A stretch of DNA of 64,000 nucleotides. Origin: Nitrosopumilus sp. (lineage in GTDB: Archaea > Thermoproteota > Nitrososphaeria > Nitrososphaerales > Nitrosopumilaceae). The translations under genes were made by a program, and so were the position numbers. The notes under the pieces were generated by a model, which was not told the DNA's origin, ran no database searches, and saw only the letters and a program-made list of their open reading frames with translations. The stretch is from NCBI GenBank assembly GCA_965223425.1, contig OZ245003.1:1184001-1248000 (forward strand), in the 5' to 3' direction. Positions within the stretch are counted from its first letter, which is position 1; every line of letters begins with the position of its first letter. Below, piece after piece: positions 58,860 to 64,000 of the stretch.

Positions 58860-60205
58860 TTTGATGCCTCCTTTAATGCCTGTAACATGGCTTTGGCTTT
58901 GTGTTCTGTCTCTTTGAACTCATATTCTGCTACCGAGTCTGATACAATGCCTGCCCCTGATTGAACAAACCCTTTTCCATCTTCTAAGAATATGCTCCTG
59001 ATGGCAATTGCAAAATCACAGCACCCATTAAATGAAAAATACCCCACGGCTCCCGCATACGGCCCTCTGGCTTCAGTTTCCAAGCTATCAATTATTTCCA
59101 TAGCCCTGACTTTTGGCGCGCCTGATACGGTTCCGGCCGGAAATACTGCTTTGAATGCATCAAACATGTCCTTTTCAGGCGCCAAATTGCCTACTAGATG
59201 AGTAACTATGTGCTGAACATGGCTAAATTGCTTGATCTGCATTAGTGATTCTGGATGCACTGTACCATATTTACAAACCCTGCCAATGTCGTTTCTTCCC
59301 AAATCCACTAACATGGTGTGCTCTGCAAGCTCTTTTTCATCATGCAGCAACTCGCCTGCTAGTTTTTTATTACTTTCTTCATCGTCAGTAATCTTTCTGG
59401 TCCCTGCAATGGGAAATGTTTCTACTTTATCGCTTGTTATTCTGACCAGCATTTCCGGGGACGCACCTATGATTGTTTTCTTGCCTTGTTTTAGATGATA
59501 CATGTATGGTGACGGATTTAGTTTTCTTAAAGTCTTGTACAATGTTAAATTATCTCCATTTGCACCAAATGAAAACTTTCTTGATAGTACCGCCTGAAAA
59601 ACATCCCCATCATGAACGTATTTTTTTGCTTTGTTTACAATCTCAGAAAATTTTTCTTTATTCATGTTTGGAATGATTTCACTTGAATGAAACTCATCAA
59701 ATTTACCTTCATCCATTTCTAGCTGATCAAATCTGTTCTCGTTATGGTAGAAATAAAACAATTTTTTATGAACATTATCATATAATATCCCGTCATCATA
59801 TATTCCAAATTCCATTAATGGCTGTGGCGCTGAATGAGAATCCGGAATATTTTCTACCATTCTAATTGCGTCATAGTTTACAATTCCCACTGCCCCTCCG
59901 AGGTACCTGTAACTCTGATTTTCTGATCTTCCTACTAGTTTTTTCAGCTCTTTGAATGGATCCTTTGTTTGAACGGTCTGTGTTTCTCCCTTTGCTGTTA
60001 TTTCCACTTTGTCAGTATATCCTTTAAAAATAATTTTTGGATCAAATCCCATCACCGATGTTTCAGCTAGAACTTCAGGACCGGTTAGTGATTCAAAGAG
60101 AAATGAGTGGGCATAATTTCTAGAAATTTTATTATAAATTTGAAATTGGTTTTCAGATAAATCTAGGGGTATTACTTTTGCTTGCGAATTTCCAAAGGCA
60201 TCCAC
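58856..60205 (-). CDS. trpE: Anthranilate synthase component I
   Basis: LFES, NPSPYMY, PIAGT, EHTMLVDLGRND, GTVSGAPK. Confidence 0.95.
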   Translation of the reverse strand: MDAFGNSQAKVIPLDLSENQFQIYNKISRNYAHSFLFESLTGPEVLAETSVMGFDPKIIFKGYTDKVEITAKGETQTVQTKDPFKELKKLVGRSENQSYRYLGGAVGIVNYDAIRMVENIPDSHSAPQPLMEFGIYDDGILYDNVHKKLFYFYHNENRFDQLEMDEGKFDEFHSSEIIPNMNKEKFSEIVNKAKKYVHDGDVFQAVLSRKFSFGANGDNLTLYKTLRKLNPSPYMYHLKQGKKTIIGASPEMLVRITSDKVETFPIAGTRKITDDEESNKKLAGELLHDEKELAEHTMLVDLGRNDIGRVCKYGTVHPESLMQIKQFSHVQHIVTHLVGNLAPEKDMFDAFKAVFPAGTVSGAPKVRAMEIIDSLETEARGPYAGAVGYFSFNGCCDFAIAIRSIFLEDGKGFVQSGAGIVSDSVAEYEFKETEHKAKAMLQALKEASN

Positions 60206-60353
60206 CCATAGACAAAATTTTGGCGGTTTATTATTTAAATTGATGAGTAAGTTTTGCTGGTATCCTTTTTGTCTGAAATAGTTGATTCTACAGGCATGAA
60301 CATATTACGGTACAGTACGGTACCTTTATATCATATTTGATCGCATACTAATC

Positions 60354-60545
60354 ATGCAGGTGGCAAATAGGACAATCATGCAAGATATGCAAGTTCTCAA
60401 AAAATCACAGAATGTACAATCAACTGTTTCAGCAGTTGAGTGCTATGTATGCGGCAAAGGGCTCCAAGATGGCCGTAGTATTACTGCAAAAACGCTATCA
60501 AATGGCATAGTTCTATTTTGTGATGTTCATTATTCATTGCAATGA
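60354..60545 (+). CDS. Small Zn-finger-like protein
   Basis: CYVCG...FCDVHY; TATA-like sequence upstream. Confidence 0.65.
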   Translation: MQVANRTIMQDMQVLKKSQNVQSTVSAVECYVCGKGLQDGRSITAKTLSNGIVLFCDVHYSLQ

Positions 60546-61169
60546 ACTTCCAATTCAGAACTTGCTTCTTCTCCTCTTATTTTACTTGCGATAAGCACTG
60601 TCAAAACCATGGCAATATGTGTCAAAGATCTGCTGATCTATTTGTTCAAATCAGACTAACAAGGCATCTGTCTTTTTTTTGGCAGGTATTTTGCATATTG
60701 TTTTTCAACAACCTTTTTTGGCTATTTCATCTAGCTACCCATTGAATAGATCAAAGGCAGAATTCACAATGCATTGTAATTGCTTTGTACCAACGCCAAA
60801 TTTTTCTGCCGTTGCAGCTTCATCCTCACTGCTACCAAATGTCTTTTGTTACATCAGCAGCTTGTCGTAAAAAACCCGTCTGGAATTTTATTTGCCTGCT
60901 TAACTGATACTCTTCAGTTGGAGCATGTTTTTTTACATTGGACACAAACAATCTTGCACAAGTTTCATCCTGGCAGTATCCCTAGGTTGGTACTGATTTT
61001 AATTGTGCCAAATTCAGATGTGTCCTGTTGAATTTTTTATGGCAGTGAAAGAAATGGCTTGCAACCTCGTTTAAATTTAATTGCAAGTGGTTAGATTAGA
61101 CACAATCTTGATCTTATCTTGCATATTCAGTAAAATTAACGGGTGTTGATACAACACTGTATGAAGAAG

Positions 61170-61781
61170 TGTGTCTTGCTAACGGAAAAATACATTGAGT
61201 CATACATCTGATCTATGAAAAATGACGAACAGATGAGTTATCTCAAAATCAAGTGTGATAGAAAGCATCTTTATGCCGTGACAGACGATGAAACCAAATA
61301 TTGGATAGCAAAACAAGTATCAGATCACAAGTACACACAGGACGTAAAACCAATGTTTAGGTAGGCCGTCAAAGTAGCAAAAAACAAACAACTTGTTAAT
61401 CTCAGGTGAATCCCAAAACTTTCATGGGGGTAAAAATACAAATGGAAAGCCAAAAACTTTCTACATAAAGGTACCGAGCACATTAGAGGCATACACATGA
61501 AAAATGACAGAGATAGCAACAAGATAGAAGATTGAGCAGCATAACTAGAGACAGAGAAAAGGTGATCCGTTCCCCTCCAATAGAGGCGGTTCACAGGTTA
61601 TCAAGTGTATACAGATCGTCACAACTTCATTCGTGGACAAGGGAATAGATGGTAAGACACCAGCTAAAGAAGCAGGTGTCAAGACAAAAGGCGCTAACAA
61701 GTAATTACATTAATTCAGAATGCTAAAAAATCTCAGATCGCCAAACTTCCAGTAGAAATAGGTCACTAGTTTGCCAGAACC
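61170..61781 (+). pseudogene. Decayed IS6-like (IS240-type DDE) transposase with its right end
   Basis: RTDE..LKIK.DRKHLYAVTDDETKYWIAKQVSDHK..., HNFIR...KTPAKEAG...LIQNA with stops and frameshifts; ends TTTGCCAGAACC at 61781. Confidence 0.75.
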
Positions 61782-61998
61782 AAAACAACAAAAATTTCTT
61801 TAGCTAAAAGTAATTTTTTTTGGCCCCGATTTTTTTAACTAAACACTATCCTAGTTTACCTACGAGTCAGAGACATCTTGCGGTGTTAGCTGGGGGGGGG
61901 CCCAAAAGCTCACATAAACTAGTTAATACAGTCTCCAAAGCAAAGGAGACTGACTTTTTCTCTGCGATCAGGGACAACCATCAACACATGATATAATT

Positions 61999-62889
61999 AT
62001 GGCGACAACATCTGATCATTATAACATGTCCAGATATGAAAGTCCAAAAATCAATGTCAACATGGGCGCTGCAAAAGGTGTTCTGATTGGAATTATCGCA
62101 TTAATCGTTATTGGCGTGCTAGCTGTTGCTGCAGTACAAATCGTGGATGCCGGACATAGAGGTGTTTTACTTCATTGGAGTGCTGTTGACACAAGTGTTG
62201 CACCGCTAGATGAAGGACTTCACTTTGTAACCCCATTTGCAGATTCTGTAGTGAATATGGAAGTAAGAACACTAAAGTTTGTAAAATCAACATCTTCTGC
62301 ATCTCAAGATCTCCAGACAGTTACTACTGCAGTAACTGTCAACTATCATCCTTCCCCCGAATCCATCCATCACTTATACAAGGAAGTTGGACTTGACTAT
62401 GAAAACCGAATAATTCAGCCTGCAGTGGAAGAAGTTGTAAAACAAGTAACTGCAAATTATAATGCAGAAGAACTAATCACCAAAAGACCTCTAGTAAAAT
62501 CCGATATTGAAACAGAAATTACTTCCCGTTTAAACACATTTAACATAATAACTGAGGTTATCTCAATCACTGACTTTCAATTCTCATCACTCTTTGCTAG
62601 GGCAATTGAAGACAAAGTAGAAGCAGAACAAAAGGCACTCAAAGCAGAAAATGATCTCAGACGAATTGAAGTAGAAGCCAGGCAACATGAAGCACAAGCT
62701 CAAGGCATTGCTGCGGCAAACATTGCCGAGGCCCAAGGGGAGGCCGAAGCAATTAAAATCATCAATGAAGCTCTGGCAAACAATCCAAATTATTTAGAAT
62801 GGCTGAAAACACAAGCATGGGATGGAAAATTACCCCTTGTAGTCGGTGAGGGCGGAACACCTTTTATTCAAATACCAATACAACCATAA
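61999..62889 (+). CDS. SPFH/prohibitin-family membrane protein
   Basis: N-terminal TM; GHRGV, EGLHFVTPF, SQDLQTV, WDGKLP. Confidence 0.9.
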   Translation: MATTSDHYNMSRYESPKINVNMGAAKGVLIGIIALIVIGVLAVAAVQIVDAGHRGVLLHWSAVDTSVAPLDEGLHFVTPFADSVVNMEVRTLKFVKSTSSASQDLQTVTTAVTVNYHPSPESIHHLYKEVGLDYENRIIQPAVEEVVKQVTANYNAEELITKRPLVKSDIETEITSRLNTFNIITEVISITDFQFSSLFARAIEDKVEAEQKALKAENDLRRIEVEARQHEAQAQGIAAANIAEAQGEAEAIKIINEALANNPNYLEWLKTQAWDGKLPLVVGEGGTPFIQIPIQP

Positions 62890-62904
62890 CTTTAAAGTTC
62901 CACT

Positions 62905-63213
62905 CTAGTCTTTTTTATTGCCTTCAGCTTCGTCCCTAATGGAATCATACATTGCAAGAAATTGTTCAGGTTCATGTTGTCTGTAATGCTTTTGAAGTTG
63001 TAAAACCTCTTTTTCTGAAATTTTTTTTCCTTTTTTTACGTGAAACTCTCTTATGATCTGGGATTGAGTTTTTTTGATGTTGTATTTTCTAAGAGTGTCA
63101 TTAACTGATTTGTTGCAAAAATAATCATAAAGTACAAAACGATATGCCAAATAGCCAACTATTCCGGCAATGACAACTATGGTAAGCGGTATGATGATGG
63201 TTGCAACTGCCAT
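62905..63213 (-). CDS. Hypothetical single-pass membrane protein
   Basis: N-terminal TM helix; clean ORF. Confidence 0.7.
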   Translation of the reverse strand: MAVATIIIPLTIVVIAGIVGYLAYRFVLYDYFCNKSVNDTLRKYNIKKTQSQIIREFHVKKGKKISEKEVLQLQKHYRQHEPEQFLAMYDSIRDEAEGNKKD

Positions 63214-63502
63214 ATTTTTTATTAACTTGCTTGGTATTTAAAAACAAAGAGGGAAATTCTATTGAGATAATCCCTTCTAGATGAATGCAATTGGTTCTTG
63301 CTACCTCTTAATTTCTGCAATTTTGTTCCAATTCTGAGACGTAATCATGGTTTTCTGCTATTGCTGGAGATGTATGGTTCCAATCAATATTGCAAAATCC
63401 TAGACTCGGTACCGTTTTTTGCATTTGGTTCTGCTCACGGCATCTGCAAGGCTGAAAGTGTAATAGTCCATAGCAGCATCTATCTGCCAATCAGTTCAGG
63501 CC

Positions 63503-63853
63503 CTATTCGTCCCATATTGGCTGCGTTTTAAGCCATGCAATCAAATTTTGATATAGTTTACTTTTTTGCATGTTTACCACTCCGATCTCTAAATTGGTAG
63601 ATGATTTGACAGTCTTTGCATATTTTTCGTATTTTGCAAAAACTATCTTGTCCAAGTACATCTCGTTTTGCATCTCTTTTTTTGCCAATTCTTCAGATTC
63701 AGTCATGGCAAAGCTTGCAAACAGCACGCCATCTACCCAATACCCGCTGGCCCCTTCTAATGAGGACATCATTCCTATTAGATCATCTAGGCTCAGTTTT
63801 ATTATGTCGCGAACAAAAATTCGTTCATATGGTTTATAGATAAAATCTGTCAT
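63503..63853 (-). CDS. Conserved-type archaeal hypothetical protein
   Basis: Clean 116-aa ORF; YKPYERIFVRD...YWVDGVLF. Confidence 0.7.
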   Translation of the reverse strand: MTDFIYKPYERIFVRDIIKLSLDDLIGMMSSLEGASGYWVDGVLFASFAMTESEELAKKEMQNEMYLDKIVFAKYEKYAKTVKSSTNLEIGVVNMQKSKLYQNLIAWLKTQPIWDE

Positions 63854-64000
63854 GAAATTTGTTTTTTGTAGAGTTTAATGAGTATTTGGAAATTTTATAA
63901 CTGGTTTTTTTTAAATTGCTTTATGGCTGCCAAATCTGATGATTTTTCTGAACATGACATGTTCATCACAGAGTTCCCAAAAAAAGGATACAATATTGTA

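Noticed and set aside
63250-63500. Possible structural RNA (RNase P or SRP) or small CDS
   Set aside because: I could not find the conserved RNase P or SRP signature sequences or a convincing protein; an Rfam search is needed.

Overview
Chromosomal segment of an ammonia-oxidising archaeon of the Nitrosopumilus/Cenarchaeum type (Nitrososphaerota). This is inferred from the protein sequences; the heavy IS load and a Cenarchaeum-like giant surface protein suggest a host-associated, possibly sponge-symbiotic lineage. An AT-rich core backbone (asparagine-synthase-like gene, Alba, rpoK, rps25e, DHS/SpeY-like gene, thrS, speB, rps26e, PfkB kinase, NAD kinase-HTH, pyrG, trpEGDCBA, SPFH) is interrupted by six accessory blocks. 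These hold nested IS elements (4x IS630, ISH3-type, IS5 of the ISL2 and IS903 types, IS110, an IS66-like end, IS6-like remnants), two disrupted ClpP-class SDH proteases, TA modules, an MTase-HNH fusion and a 6309-aa mosaic surface protein. The most striking unannotated pattern is a family of elements sharing GGTTCTG...CAGAACC ends. It comprises a 6.85-kb cargo transposon and a 344-bp single-gene cassette (both with perfect 8-bp target duplications), four co-oriented ~47-bp palindromes that bracket in pairs the 7-kb SDH/GNAT-TA island and the 20-kb giant-gene island, and a decayed IS6-like transposase ending in the same terminus. Together these form a candidate IS6-driven gene-cassette system. 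All calls were made by eye, without database searches.
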